From an uncultured delta proteobacterium (GTDB taxonomy: Bacteria > Desulfobacterota > Binatia > UBA9968), in contig CAVYTU010000012.1 of NCBI GenBank assembly GCA_963771465.1, positions 128,001 through 192,000 on the forward strand: a stretch of DNA of 64,000 nt, in the 5' to 3' direction. The position numbers and the translations under genes are program-made. Below, in pieces: positions 8,988 to 19,246 of the stretch; the first letter of the stretch is position 1, and each line of letters starts with the position of its first letter. A model generated the notes under the pieces. It was not told where the DNA came from, searched no databases, and saw only the letters and a program-made list of their open reading frames with translations.

Positions 8988-9701
8988 TCAGCAACGCTTC
9001 TGACGCCGCAACAATAGCGGAATCTCGGCGATCTTTTCCTGCTTCAACATGCGCCAATAAATCCCCTTTGGCCGCGCCAAAGGCGCTTTGATTTCGATGA
9101 CTTCGTGCGGTGTGACGATGGCGCTGAGCGGGATATCGTGCACGGTCATCGGCATGTCTTCGTCGACGATCTGCAACGCATGAACCGACGTGACGATCGG
9201 TGTTTTAGCGCTAAGCTTGTTTTCTTCCGTGAGCAGAGCGAATTCCAGATCGGAATAGCCGCCGCCTTTGCCGATGCGGGCGCCGTCGCGATTGACCGCC
9301 ACCGATCCGCAGACGACGAGGTCGAGTTGCTTCACTTCGTCGAGCGTCACCGGCCGGCCATATTTATCGGCGCCTTTAATTGACGAGGCGACGAACGGCG
9401 AGCAGCTTAACTTTTGCGGATCGAGCTCGATGAACGGTTTTTCACTGCGCAAACGCGGCACGGCCATGTAAATGATTTTCCCTTCCACTAAGGCGCGCCG
9501 GCGGATCGCGCGCTGGGGCGAATCGGGATTCACTTTGAGAAACCTTGCCGCCTTCCAATAGTCCATTTCGGCCAACCGCGTGGCGCACGCTTCGGCGCCG
9601 ATAAAATTAGGAATTCTCCCTTTGGCGCCCGGAAAACGGGCGACTTTGCGTTGTTGTAAAGTCTGCCAAACCTCTTCGCGCAGTTCATCTTTAGTTTTCA
9701 T
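8988..9701 (-). CDS. 5-formyltetrahydrofolate cyclo-ligase family protein (MTHFSD-like)
   Basis: GRIPNFIGA, KVNPDSPQ, GSVAV, RIGKGGGYSDLE, HDIP. Confidence 0.88.
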   Translation of the reverse strand: MKTKDELREEVWQTLQQRKVARFPGAKGRIPNFIGAEACATRLAEMDYWKAARFLKVNPDSPQRAIRRRALVEGKIIYMAVPRLRSEKPFIELDPQKLSCSPFVASSIKGADKYGRPVTLDEVKQLDLVVCGSVAVNRDGARIGKGGGYSDLEFALLTEENKLSAKTPIVTSVHALQIVDEDMPMTVHDIPLSAIVTPHEVIEIKAPLARPKGIYWRMLKQEKIAEIPLLLRRQKRC

Positions 9702-9807
9702 GCTAATCAAACTAGCGAGGCAGCAGGCGTCAGGCAACCATGAGCGGCGGCGGTGGAAGTGAGCTCATACCGCTCGCCTCGCGCCCAATGCCTATTTCGC
9801 CGGTTGA

Positions 9808-9837
9808 TTGACTGGCGGGGAAGCTGAGTTGTAATAT
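9808..9837 (+). promoter_or_regulatory. Putative sigma70 promoter, likely giving a leaderless cutA-NUDIX mRNA
   Basis: TTGACT-18nt-TAATAT, ATG 7 nt downstream, no RBS. Confidence 0.45.
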
Positions 9838-9844
9838 CTTCTCA

Positions 9845-10654
9845 ATGTCAGAATTCATCATCGTTTACGTCACTGCCGGGTCAGCTGAGGAGGCCGATCG
9901 CTTAGCGCGCGCCTTGGTCGGCGAGCAGTTGGCGGCTTGTGTCAATCGGGTGACCGGAGTGCAGTCGGTTTACCGTTGGCAGGGCAACGTCGAGCAGTCC
10001 GACGAAGTGCTGTTGATCATCAAAACCCGCCGCGACGCCTTTGCGGCGCTGGAGCGACGCGTGCGCGAGTTACACAGCTATGCGGTGCCGGAAATTATTG
10101 CCCTGCCGGTGCTTGAGGGGAGCGCGGAGTACCTCACTTGGCTGCGCGACCAAGTGGCGCCGGCTCAAACGAGCAGCGAGGATAATATTCGCACGGTCAA
10201 AGAAGTGTCGGCCGGCGGCGTGATATTTCGGCGCGGTGGCGATGGTTTCGAGATCGCTTTGATCCATGCGCGTAACCGGTGGGGGCTTCCCAAAGGCCAT
10301 ATCGAGGATGGCGAGCGTGTCGAGGAAGCGGCGCTGCGCGAAGTGCGCGAGGAGACCGGACTGGAAGGAAAGCTCCAGCGCAAACTTGGCGATATTCGCT
10401 ATTCCTACCGTGATAAGAAAGGCGGCGAGCCGATTCGCATCAACAAGCGCGTGCATTTTTTTCTCATGCGCTACGTACGCGGCGACGTGCGCGATCACGA
10501 TCATGAATCGGATGACGCGCGCTGGTTTCCCATCGACCAAGGGTTCAAGCTGCTGAAATTCGCCACCGAACGCAAGATGGTACACCGGGCGATGGCGATG
10601 TTGACGGCGCGACAAAATGACCGGCGGCCGCCGGCGGTGCAAGGTAATTCATAA
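9845..10654 (+). CDS. CutA divalent-cation tolerance domain fused to a NUDIX hydrolase
   Basis: [24 protein letters not shown] (CutA); Nudix box [23 protein letters not shown]. Confidence 0.88.
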   Translation: MSEFIIVYVTAGSAEEADRLARALVGEQLAACVNRVTGVQSVYRWQGNVEQSDEVLLIIKTRRDAFAALERRVRELHSYAVPEIIALPVLEGSAEYLTWLRDQVAPAQTSSEDNIRTVKEVSAGGVIFRRGGDGFEIALIHARNRWGLPKGHIEDGERVEEAALREVREETGLEGKLQRKLGDIRYSYRDKKGGEPIRINKRVHFFLMRYVRGDVRDHDHESDDARWFPIDQGFKLLKFATERKMVHRAMAMLTARQNDRRPPAVQGNS

Positions 10655-10729
10655 ACGCGGCCAACTCTAACTTCACCGCGCTGACTTCATGTTGTCCAGC
10701 CGCACCCATTTTGGGGGAGATTTAGCTCA

Positions 10730-12103
10730 ATGAACGACAGCTCGCGCGGCGTGATGTTTTCCGTGCCTTACGAAATCGCCATGGTGCGGCCGCTGCGTCA
10801 GACCACAGTTGACGAGCGCGCAGCGGCACTGCGCGCGGCCTATTACAATACCGAGCTGATTCCCCAGGATCTCATTTACATCGATCTTGCCACCGACAGC
10901 GGCGTGAGCGCGTTTAGCACGAATCAGTTTGCCGCGTTGATTGGCGCGACAACAGTCGAGCCGGGGATGGGGTTGGCGGCGGAAGGAAGCTGCGCGTTTG
11001 GCATGCTGTCCGAGCAGATTCGGAAAAATTTCGCTTTTCCTTATATCGTCCCGACGACGCAGGGTCGCGCGGCGGAACGGATTTGGACCAAGATCCATGT
11101 AAAACCCGGATCCGTTGTTGCCGGCAATATGCTGTTTCCGTCGACACGCAATCACATCGAGATGAATGGGGCAAAGATCGTTGACGTGATCGGCGAGCAG
11201 GCGCACGATTTGATCTCGGATCAGCCGTTCAAAGGCGATATCGATCTCACGAAGCTCGCCGCCGTAATCCAAGCGCATGGATCGGACAAAGTCAGCTGCA
11301 TCTACGTCGAGCTAAGCGTCAATGCGTGCGGCGGTCACCCGGTGTCGCTGGCTAATCTCAAAGCGGTCAAAGAGATCGCCTCGGCCAATCAGATTCCACT
11401 GTTTCTCGACGCCTGCCGCATCCTTGAGAACAGTAGTCTCGTCAAAGAGCGGGAAGCCGGCTATCATGGCCATAACATCGGCGCGATCGTGCGGGAGACT
11501 TGTGCCCTTGCAGACGGCGCGACGCTAAGCGCGCTGAAGGATTTTCTCGTTTCGAGCGGCGGATTGATATTGACGCGGGACCGGGCAAGCCAGCAAAAGG
11601 GTTTGATGCAGAGTTTTCTCGACGGCGCGCAGCCATCGGCGAGTGCGATGGAGATGATGGCGAGGGCGTTGCAAGAGCTTTTCAGCACAGACGCTTATGC
11701 GGCAAACCGGGTTGAGCAAGTCCGTTATCTTTGGCGCCGGCTAAGAGAAAGCGTGCCGGTGCTCAGTCCGCCGGCCGGCCACGCGGTGTTTGTCGACGTG
11801 AAAAAATTTCTTTCTGATTTTTCTGCTGAGCAGTTTCCCGCCGAAGCGTTGGCGGCGCATATTTATCAGCAGAGCGGCATCCGCGTCACCAAAGGGCCGC
11901 CGTTGGCACCGAGCCAAATCGAGCAGGGCATCGATCTCCTGCGTTTCGCAGTGCCGACGCGAAAATATCTCCAAGGGCACATGGACGATATCGTGACGGC
12001 AGTCGATTACGCGTACCGACATCGCAGCGAGATCATAGGTCTTAAGAAAATCGACGACTCGTCGCGTTCGAAATACGATCCGGCTCATTTTGCTCCTGTA
12101 TGA
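10730..12103 (+). CDS. Divergent tryptophanase / tyrosine phenol-lyase family PLP enzyme
   Basis: IDLATDSG, QGRAAE, FKGDIDL, GGHPVSLANLK, DACR, SALKD (PLP lysine), QFPAEALA. Confidence 0.85.
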   Translation: MNDSSRGVMFSVPYEIAMVRPLRQTTVDERAAALRAAYYNTELIPQDLIYIDLATDSGVSAFSTNQFAALIGATTVEPGMGLAAEGSCAFGMLSEQIRKNFAFPYIVPTTQGRAAERIWTKIHVKPGSVVAGNMLFPSTRNHIEMNGAKIVDVIGEQAHDLISDQPFKGDIDLTKLAAVIQAHGSDKVSCIYVELSVNACGGHPVSLANLKAVKEIASANQIPLFLDACRILENSSLVKEREAGYHGHNIGAIVRETCALADGATLSALKDFLVSSGGLILTRDRASQQKGLMQSFLDGAQPSASAMEMMARALQELFSTDAYAANRVEQVRYLWRRLRESVPVLSPPAGHAVFVDVKKFLSDFSAEQFPAEALAAHIYQQSGIRVTKGPPLAPSQIEQGIDLLRFAVPTRKYLQGHMDDIVTAVDYAYRHRSEIIGLKKIDDSSRSKYDPAHFAPV

Positions 12104-13860
12104 CCGAACCCATCCGCGCCGTTACCGGCCGCCATATCGGCCAAATCTTTTTTGAGCGCGCCGCCGAACTCGGCGATCGCACATTTATCAAGCTACAGCA
12201 GGGCGATAGGTTCGAAGAGATTTCATGGCGTGACTTCGCCGCCATCGTGCAACAGGCGCTTTTGGGTCTCGTTGCGCTGGGGCTTGTTCCCGGCGATATA
12301 GTCGCCATCATCGGCGAAAACTGCGGCCAATGGCTCGCCGCCGATCTCGCGACACTATCGGGCGGCTTTACCAACGTGGTTATTTCACCAAGTTTGTCCG
12401 ATACAATGCTTCTCAAGATACTCAGCCACGCTGAGTGCCGCGCCGCCTTTGTTCAAAATGCAACGGGCGTTGGGCGTATGCTCAATTTCAAAGGACAGCT
12501 GCCCGTATTGTCACAGATCATCGTTATGGAGGAATTGGACGGTGATCTGCCCCATACGCTCTCTTTTGAGCAACTTTGCAAACGCGGCGAAAAGCTTGAC
12601 GGAGCAAGATTAGCTACGCTACTCGCAGCGGTGCATCCTAACGATCTGGCGACGATCATGTACACCTCGGGTTCTACCGGCGAGCCGAAAGGCGTGATGC
12701 GCACGCAGGATAACCTCCTGGCAAATATCACCAACGGCAACGCAATTGTTTTAAGTCAGCCAGACGAGTTGACGGTGAACGTACTCAGTTTGAATCACCT
12801 GTTTGGCCGTTTCGGTTTTCTCAAGAGCGCGGTTACAGGACGGGCGACCGCGCTCATCGAAGCGCTGGAAACCGAGGTAGATTGGACGGTGATTCAATTT
12901 CTCGCACCGACCGGGTTGGCGGTGGTGCCGCGGGTGATGGAGCGCATCTGGGACGGCGTGCTCGGTCAAGACGGCAACGACCAACTGTGGCGCGAGCTGG
13001 AAACTCTCGATGATAAAAAGTCCGGCCTCAGCGCACCGGACTTACAGCGGTTTGACGACCTGCGAGCGGTTCTCAAAATCAACGTGCGCCAAGCGCTTGG
13101 CGGCCGGATCAAGTACATCGCCTACGGCGGCGCGGCGATGCCGCCGCGGATCATGCGCTTCTGTGAATTGATCGGCATCCCGCTAATCGGTTCCTACGGT
13201 TCCACCGAGTGCGGCGGCGTAACACTCTGTGGCATCGGCGAGAACCGTGCCGGCAATCTGGGAAAACCGTTCGCCAACGTGCAAATCCGCATCGCTGACG
13301 ACGGCGAGATTCTCGTGCGCGGCCCGACGGTTTCACCGGGATATTACAAGAATCTCCTAGCGACCCGGGAAGCGTTCGATGACGCCGGTTGGTTTTACAC
13401 CGGCGATCTCGGCGCTATTGAAGCGGACGGCTCGCTGCGCATCACCGGGCGCAAGAAAGATGTTTTTAACTGCGCCGACGGTTCGAATATCTACCCGAGC
13501 TTCATCGAGTTGCAGTTGGAAAACGAACCTTTCATTCGCCAGGCGGTCTTGCTCGGCGACCGCCGGCCATTTGTCGCCGCGTTGCTGGTTCCGGAGCGCG
13601 AAAAGATTGCCGAATCGCTCAAGCGTGATATCGCCAACTTATCGGAGGATGAAATCCGAACGGTGTTATGGCTGCAGATCGAGCGAGTCAACGGGCGGCT
13701 CGAGCGCTATGAACAGATTCGTAAGGTCGCCGTGATGCTCGATGATTTTCCCACCGAAGTGAGAAGCATCAACCACTTTCAAAAAGTAAAAGTCGACCGC
13801 GATGTCGTCGCGACGCGTTATCAACGCGAGATTGAGGCAATTTATTCAACCGCCAGGTGA
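12100..13860 (+). CDS. Long-chain acyl-CoA synthetase (AMP-binding)
   Basis: YTSGSTGEPKG, YGSTE, WFYTGDLG, ITGRKKD. Confidence 0.9.
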   Translation: MTEPIRAVTGRHIGQIFFERAAELGDRTFIKLQQGDRFEEISWRDFAAIVQQALLGLVALGLVPGDIVAIIGENCGQWLAADLATLSGGFTNVVISPSLSDTMLLKILSHAECRAAFVQNATGVGRMLNFKGQLPVLSQIIVMEELDGDLPHTLSFEQLCKRGEKLDGARLATLLAAVHPNDLATIMYTSGSTGEPKGVMRTQDNLLANITNGNAIVLSQPDELTVNVLSLNHLFGRFGFLKSAVTGRATALIEALETEVDWTVIQFLAPTGLAVVPRVMERIWDGVLGQDGNDQLWRELETLDDKKSGLSAPDLQRFDDLRAVLKINVRQALGGRIKYIAYGGAAMPPRIMRFCELIGIPLIGSYGSTECGGVTLCGIGENRAGNLGKPFANVQIRIADDGEILVRGPTVSPGYYKNLLATREAFDDAGWFYTGDLGAIEADGSLRITGRKKDVFNCADGSNIYPSFIELQLENEPFIRQAVLLGDRRPFVAALLVPEREKIAESLKRDIANLSEDEIRTVLWLQIERVNGRLERYEQIRKVAVMLDDFPTEVRSINHFQKVKVDRDVVATRYQREIEAIYSTAR

Positions 13861-14615
13861 GGAGGCACGGATTGAATCAAGTGGCAATGATCACGGGTGG
13901 TGGCGGTGGGATTGGCGGCGCGGTGGCGCGGCGTATGGCAGCTGGCGGAATTACCGTAGTGATCGCCGACTATGACGGCAGCGCAGCCGAGCGAGTTAAA
14001 GACGAGATCGTCGCCAGCGGCGGCAAAGCGGACGCGCTGGCGATCGACGTGACTGTCGCCCGCGAAGTGAAGGCCGTGGTCACCGACGCGGTCAAGCGCT
14101 ACGGCCGGATCGATGTACTCGCCAACATCGCTGGCGGCAGCGCGTACACCAAGCGCATTGAAGAGTTTACCTGGGCGCAGTGGAAAGAAGTGATGGACGC
14201 CAACTTGAAAGGCACTTTTCTAATGTGCCGCGAGGTAGCGCCGCTCATGCAGAAACAAAAGAGCGGCCGGATCATGAATACTGCGTCGAACTACGGCGTC
14301 ACCGGTTCGGCGCTGCGCACGCCCTATGCCGCGGCGAAGGCCGGCATCATTACTTTTACCAAGTCCTTGGCGTTGGAATTGGCTCCCGATCTCGTGCTCG
14401 CCAATACGGTGGCGCCGGGACCGACCGACACGCCGCGGGTAATGGAGAAAGAATCCGCCGAAGCACGTAAGCAGCGCTGGTGGCCGCAAATCCCCCTCGG
14501 ACGCACGGCGCTGCCGCCGGATATCGCCGAGATGTATTATTTTCTCACGATGCCGGAGAGCGCGGCGATCACCGGACAAACCTTTCACGTCAACGGCGGG
14601 GTGGTGATGCCATGA
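13857..14615 (+). CDS. SDR family oxidoreductase (start may be TTG 13872 after GGAGG)
   Basis: TGGGGGIG, NIAG, YAAAK, APGPTDT. Confidence 0.9.
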   Translation: MRRHGLNQVAMITGGGGGIGGAVARRMAAGGITVVIADYDGSAAERVKDEIVASGGKADALAIDVTVAREVKAVVTDAVKRYGRIDVLANIAGGSAYTKRIEEFTWAQWKEVMDANLKGTFLMCREVAPLMQKQKSGRIMNTASNYGVTGSALRTPYAAAKAGIITFTKSLALELAPDLVLANTVAPGPTDTPRVMEKESAEARKQRWWPQIPLGRTALPPDIAEMYYFLTMPESAAITGQTFHVNGGVVMP

Positions 14616-15361
14616 GACTTAAAGATAAAGTGGCTGTTGTCACGGGAGCGGCGCAGGGCATCGGCCGGGCGACCGCGCTCGCGATGGGCCGTGAAGGCGC
14701 CAAGGTTGTCGTGGCCGACTTACAGGCAGAAAAAGCGCAATCGGTGGCTAACGAGTTGCAAGCTCTCGGCGCCCAAGCGTTGGCCGTCGAGGTCAACGTC
14801 GCCAATGAAACCTCGGTGAAACGCATGGCGAAGAGCACGTTCGAGCGCTTCAGCCGCGCCGATATTCTGGTCAACGTCGCTGGCATTTATTATCCCAAAG
14901 CGTCGGTGGTCGATCTGAGCGAAGAAGACTGGGATCGTACGATCAACATCAACGTCGGTGGCAACTTTCTCTGCTGCCGCGAGTTCGTGCCGGCCATGCG
15001 CGCGCAGAAGAGCGGACGAATTATCAGTCTCGCCTCGGCTATCGGCCACTACGGCATGCGCCAGTTCTCCCACTACGCCGCGTCGAAAGCCGCGGTGATG
15101 GGATTCGTCAAATCCCTCGCCCGCGAAGTCGGCGTCGACGGCATCACCGTCAACGCCATCTGCCCCGGCTCGGCCAATACTGCCATGCCGCGCCAACACC
15201 GCTCTGAAGAAGAAGTGATGGAACGCCTGCGCGCCACGCCGCTGCCACATATTTTAGAACCGGAAGATATCGCTGGCGCGATTCTTTTCCTGGCGAGCGA
15301 CGCAGCGGCGTTCATCACTGGCCAGTCGTATAACATCAACAGCGGGACGTATATGTTTTAG
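14612..15361 (+). CDS. SDR family oxidoreductase
   Basis: MRLKDKVAVVTGAAQGIG, YAASK, ITGQ; ATGA overlap with the upstream SDR. Confidence 0.9.
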   Translation: MRLKDKVAVVTGAAQGIGRATALAMGREGAKVVVADLQAEKAQSVANELQALGAQALAVEVNVANETSVKRMAKSTFERFSRADILVNVAGIYYPKASVVDLSEEDWDRTININVGGNFLCCREFVPAMRAQKSGRIISLASAIGHYGMRQFSHYAASKAAVMGFVKSLAREVGVDGITVNAICPGSANTAMPRQHRSEEEVMERLRATPLPHILEPEDIAGAILFLASDAAAFITGQSYNINSGTYMF

Positions 15362-15631
15362 TCGGATCATTTTCCGCACTCCTTGCGACGAGGTAATATT
15401 TACGACATTCGGCGCAGCGCGTGTCCTCCCACCCTAGAATTTTTATGAATCGCACTTTGAACTTGAAGTATCGATTGATCGAATTCGTCGCCGATCCCGA
15501 AGCGATGCCGTAAGCTTTAAACATGCAAGTTGGTTTGAGTGTTAGAGCAGGGCAGTTGTGATACGGTCAAGGCGTCGATTGCTGGCGTTTGGGGATGTTT
15601 AACAACCTCAAACTCGGTCGGAGGAATTTGC

Positions 15632-16183
15632 ATGACGACAAAAGTGAGCCGATTCGGTTTCGTCGAGTGCGCTGACTTGATCAACGGACAAAAGTACGGC
15701 GCGGCCTTACACATGTTCCAAAAGGCTGTGACGAACTTTCTCGATTCCAAGACTACGCCGAAGCGGAGCGAGATCGCCAGAGAGTTGTTTCAAATCGGCT
15801 CAACCTTGGAAGAGACGTTGAAGCACGCCTTCGGCGACCAATGGGAGTCGGAAATTCCCCAGTTTGCCGACGACAACAAGCTGCTCAGCTGTACCTTTTG
15901 CGGCAAGAATCAAAACGAAGTGCGCAAACTCATCGCCGGCCCGTCGGTGCACATTTGCGACGAATGCGTTCACGTCTGCGACGAAATCCTCACTAAGGAA
16001 AACGTGGACGGCGCGGAAAAGGATTTAAAGACCGCGCCGAGTCCCACGGAAGAACGGCTTTGCGGCATCTGCATGGAGCCGCGTGAGACCGACGAGTTGA
16101 TCTTCTTGCCGCACGCCGCCTACATGTGCGCCGGCTGTTTGGAAGAGATTCAGATCGTACGGGACAAGCGCGGTGAGCGGTAA
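15632..16183 (+). CDS. ClpX C4-type zinc-finger domain protein (no ATPase domain)
   Basis: [27 protein letters not shown] plus a second CxxC...CxxC; GGAGG RBS. Confidence 0.8.
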   Translation: MTTKVSRFGFVECADLINGQKYGAALHMFQKAVTNFLDSKTTPKRSEIARELFQIGSTLEETLKHAFGDQWESEIPQFADDNKLLSCTFCGKNQNEVRKLIAGPSVHICDECVHVCDEILTKENVDGAEKDLKTAPSPTEERLCGICMEPRETDELIFLPHAAYMCAGCLEEIQIVRDKRGER

Positions 16184-16209
16184 CAAAGTCATTCGTCAAT
16201 CACAGTCGC

Positions 16210-16528
16210 GCGCAGACGCGATAATAAGGAACTCACCGGCGCGCCGCGTTCGTCGCATGTGAAGCGCACGGCGCAGGAGAGTTTTTCGCCGGAGGCTTTT
16301 GTTCTACGCCGTTCGATACCTTGGTCCGATGAAAATGCCGGCGGTTTGAACTTCGTCGCGTTTGGCAAGTCGTTTGACACTTTCGAAGCGCAACTCAAGC
16401 GAATGGTCGGCGCCGAAGATGGCATCACCGACACGCTGTTTGAATTCACCGTCCAATTACGGGCAGCTACTTTTGGTGTCCGCCGATGACAAAGGGCCCT
16501 GTGGACTTGCGTGCGTTGGGAATTTAGC
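16210..16528 (+). pseudogene. Dyp-type peroxidase C-terminal fragment with a frameshift
   Basis: SHVKRTAQESFSPEAFVLRRSIPW...GLNFVAFG...MVGAEDG; PITGSYFWCPP continues in another frame; no N-terminus. Confidence 0.75.
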
Positions 16529-16876
16529 AGCGCGGAAAAGTGGATTTCGTGCTGGACATTGGCCACATCGAAACTGAAAGGTAAGTTCTACTGTGTACGA
16601 TCGCCGGCGTGCGATGGTTGGGATCATCGAGTCGTCGAAGGGTCAAGTTCATTGGTAACTGCCCAATAGGATTGACTGCCTTCGCGGTTTGCGAACGTGC
16701 AACACCCTAAGATCAATATGATTTGAGCGAAATCGGCCGAATTGTGCACGGAAAATCCTACCACCTTTTAAGATTTCCTACGGACATTTTCTAGCATCCG
16801 TAAATATCGTCGTAAAATTCTAGATTTTCTTAGTTATCGGGCGAACTAGGTGGCGTTAAAGCGGGTTTCAACTCCG

Positions 16877-16891
16877 TGGTACGTCTCTTGC
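16877..16891 (+). promoter_or_regulatory. Putative sigma54 (-24/-12) promoter of the asmA-like gene
   Basis: TGGTAC-GTCTC-TTGC with correct GG-N10-GC spacing; long AT-rich upstream region. Confidence 0.5.
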
Positions 16892-16905
16892 GCGTTCTAT
16901 AGTTA

Positions 16906-18921
16906 ATGACGATGCGAAAACGCCATGTTCTGATTGGGCTAGGCTCTGTTATTGGCATTGCCGCGATTGCCGTGGGGATATTCGTTGCAACGCTCGATCA
17001 GGACAAGGTGAAGAGATACATTTCGGCGGGAGTGAGCAAGGCTACAGGCCGGCAATTGAGCATCAACGGGGATCTAAAACTAGATCTTGGCTGGATCTCC
17101 CGAGTGACGGCGAACCAGATTCAATTCGCCAACGCCGAGTGGAGTAAACATGCGCAGATGGCCGAAATCGAAAACTTTGAGGTTCAGATAGACCTATGGC
17201 AGCTCCTCACTAAATTTCGCTTGGTACTGCCCACGCTCACCATCTCGCAACCGAAAATTGTCCTGGAAAAAAATGGCGCCGGCTTGGCAAACTGGGAGTT
17301 CCGCGCAGCGCCCACCGGGCCAGAGAAACGCACGGAATTTCCCGTCATCGAAAAACTGGTCATCAAGGATGGGATGATCTCGTTCGATAATCAAGAAACC
17401 AAGACCCAGATTGAATTGAAGGTGTCTGAGGCGGAAGGCGCAGGATTTTTGCAACAGCCGGTTAAGCTCAGGGCGGAAGGCACCTATCAAAAGCTGCCAC
17501 TTACCCTAGCCCTCGACGGAGGTTCGTACGAAAACCTAAGGAGTTCCAAGACGCCCTACCCGCTAAAGGTCAACCTTGGCGCCGGTAAGCTGAAAGCTAC
17601 AATCGACGGAAATCTAATCGAACCTTTGGAGATGAAAGGCGAAGACGTTTCACTTGACATTCAAGGCGACGACATGGCGAAACTCTATCCGCTCCTCCAT
17701 CTGGTGTTTCCAAAAACGCCGCCGTACCGTCTCAAGGGTCGTTTAAAACATGAGGGCGCCGTCTGGTCATTTTCGGAATTTTCCGGCCGTGTGGGCGGTA
17801 GCGACCTGTCGGGCAGTATCCGGGTGGATACGGCGCCGAAGCGCGCCTTTATGAAGGCGGATCTTGTTTCTAACTCGCTCGACTTCAACGATTTAGCCGG
17901 TTTTATCGGCGGCAACCCGGGATCAACTCCGGGTAAGGCAGCTTCAGAGGAGCAGAAAATACAAGCTGCCAAAGCAAAAACCAGTGATCGAATATTTCCT
18001 GATCAAACTTACGATCTTGAACGTTTGCGAGCCATGGACGCAGACGTTCGGTTGCGCGCCAAAAAAATTCTCGCGCCCAAGCTGCCCATCGACGACCTTA
18101 ACGCAACGTTAAAATTGAACGATGGAGTCTTGAGCTTTCAGCCGGCAACGTTCGGGGTCGCCAATGGCCGGGTGGAAATCTTCAGCACGTTCGACGGATC
18201 GAAACGCCCGTCGAAGGTGAAGATCGACGCTCGCCTCCGGCAACTGGATTTGAGGCGATTCCTCGCCGAGAGTTCGTTCGCGCAAAAGGCGCTTGGCCCG
18301 ATCGGCGGACGAGTCGTTCTTACGGGCACCGGCCAGTCGTTTCGCGAACTCATGGCAACCGCCACGGGCAACTCTTTCTTTGCGATGTCGGGGGGCCAGA
18401 TCAGCGAGTTACTTGTTGAGTTGGCCGGGCTCGACGTTGCTCACGCGCTGGGAGTGGTGGTCAGCGGCGACAAGCCCATCCCTATCCGCTGCGCTTTGTT
18501 GGATCTCAAAGGAGAGAATGGACAGATGTCGGTTCAAACCCTGGTTTTCGATACGTCTAATTCAATCATAACCGGCGAAGGCAATATCGATCTCCGAGAC
18601 GAGAAGGTCAATATCGTCATGATCCCAGCTCCGAAACGTTTCAGTCTACTCAGTCTGCGATCGTATATTCGCGTGGCGGGAGGTTTTAAGAATATCTCCG
18701 CCTTTCCAGATCCGATCAAAACCGGCACTGACTCGCTGGTCAAAAAGGTCTTCAATGTTTTGGCGTTGCTGGTTTCGAGTCCAATTCAACCGAGAGATTT
18801 CGGCCAGGGGAAGGACGCGGACTGCGATGCACTGGTCGCCAGCGTCCAGAACCAGGACCCACAAGGGATTGTCCTCAAAGACGTCCAAAAACCTGCCAAA
18901 CCGCCATCCTCCACCAAGTGA
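16906..18921 (+). CDS. AsmA family protein
   Basis: N-terminal TM, TGRQLSINGDL, NWEF, PIPIRCA, VFDT. Confidence 0.88.
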   Translation: MTMRKRHVLIGLGSVIGIAAIAVGIFVATLDQDKVKRYISAGVSKATGRQLSINGDLKLDLGWISRVTANQIQFANAEWSKHAQMAEIENFEVQIDLWQLLTKFRLVLPTLTISQPKIVLEKNGAGLANWEFRAAPTGPEKRTEFPVIEKLVIKDGMISFDNQETKTQIELKVSEAEGAGFLQQPVKLRAEGTYQKLPLTLALDGGSYENLRSSKTPYPLKVNLGAGKLKATIDGNLIEPLEMKGEDVSLDIQGDDMAKLYPLLHLVFPKTPPYRLKGRLKHEGAVWSFSEFSGRVGGSDLSGSIRVDTAPKRAFMKADLVSNSLDFNDLAGFIGGNPGSTPGKAASEEQKIQAAKAKTSDRIFPDQTYDLERLRAMDADVRLRAKKILAPKLPIDDLNATLKLNDGVLSFQPATFGVANGRVEIFSTFDGSKRPSKVKIDARLRQLDLRRFLAESSFAQKALGPIGGRVVLTGTGQSFRELMATATGNSFFAMSGGQISELLVELAGLDVAHALGVVVSGDKPIPIRCALLDLKGENGQMSVQTLVFDTSNSIITGEGNIDLRDEKVNIVMIPAPKRFSLLSLRSYIRVAGGFKNISAFPDPIKTGTDSLVKKVFNVLALLVSSPIQPRDFGQGKDADCDALVASVQNQDPQGIVLKDVQKPAKPPSSTK

Positions 18922-19004
18922 GAGGGCTTTTTTAGGTCATTCTAAACGTTCACCGATTCGCAGCGGTCAATACTGGCGCGGTTACTCATGACAGCTTCTA
19001 TGGT

Positions 19005-19223
19005 TTATTCGACCGGAAACAGCTTCTTCCCCGTTCCCTCCTCTTCCAGCGCGATCGCCTTGGTCGGGCAGAGTTTGGCGGCGAAGAGAATTTTCTCATC
19101 GGTGTCGGCCTTCGCGTCGATCACTTCGGCGATCATCTTGGCGTCGAGCTTGAAGACGTTGGGCGAGACTTGGATGCATTTGGCGTAGCCCTCGCACTTG
19201 GTTCTGTCAATGGTGATTTTCAT
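19005..19223 (-). CDS. Small ferredoxin (3Fe-4S/4Fe-4S single cluster)
   Basis: CEGYAKCIQVSPNVF ... CPTKAI. Confidence 0.85.
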   Translation of the reverse strand: MKITIDRTKCEGYAKCIQVSPNVFKLDAKMIAEVIDAKADTDEKILFAAKLCPTKAIALEEEGTGKKLFPVE

Positions 19224-19246
19224 TATGTCTCCTACAGGCTATTCGC

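Noticed and set aside
9715-9782. Hairpin upstream of the 5-FCL-like gene as 6S RNA (ssrS-ygfA synteny)
   Set aside because: Only ~68 nt of structure in a 143-nt gap, too short for a 6S fold
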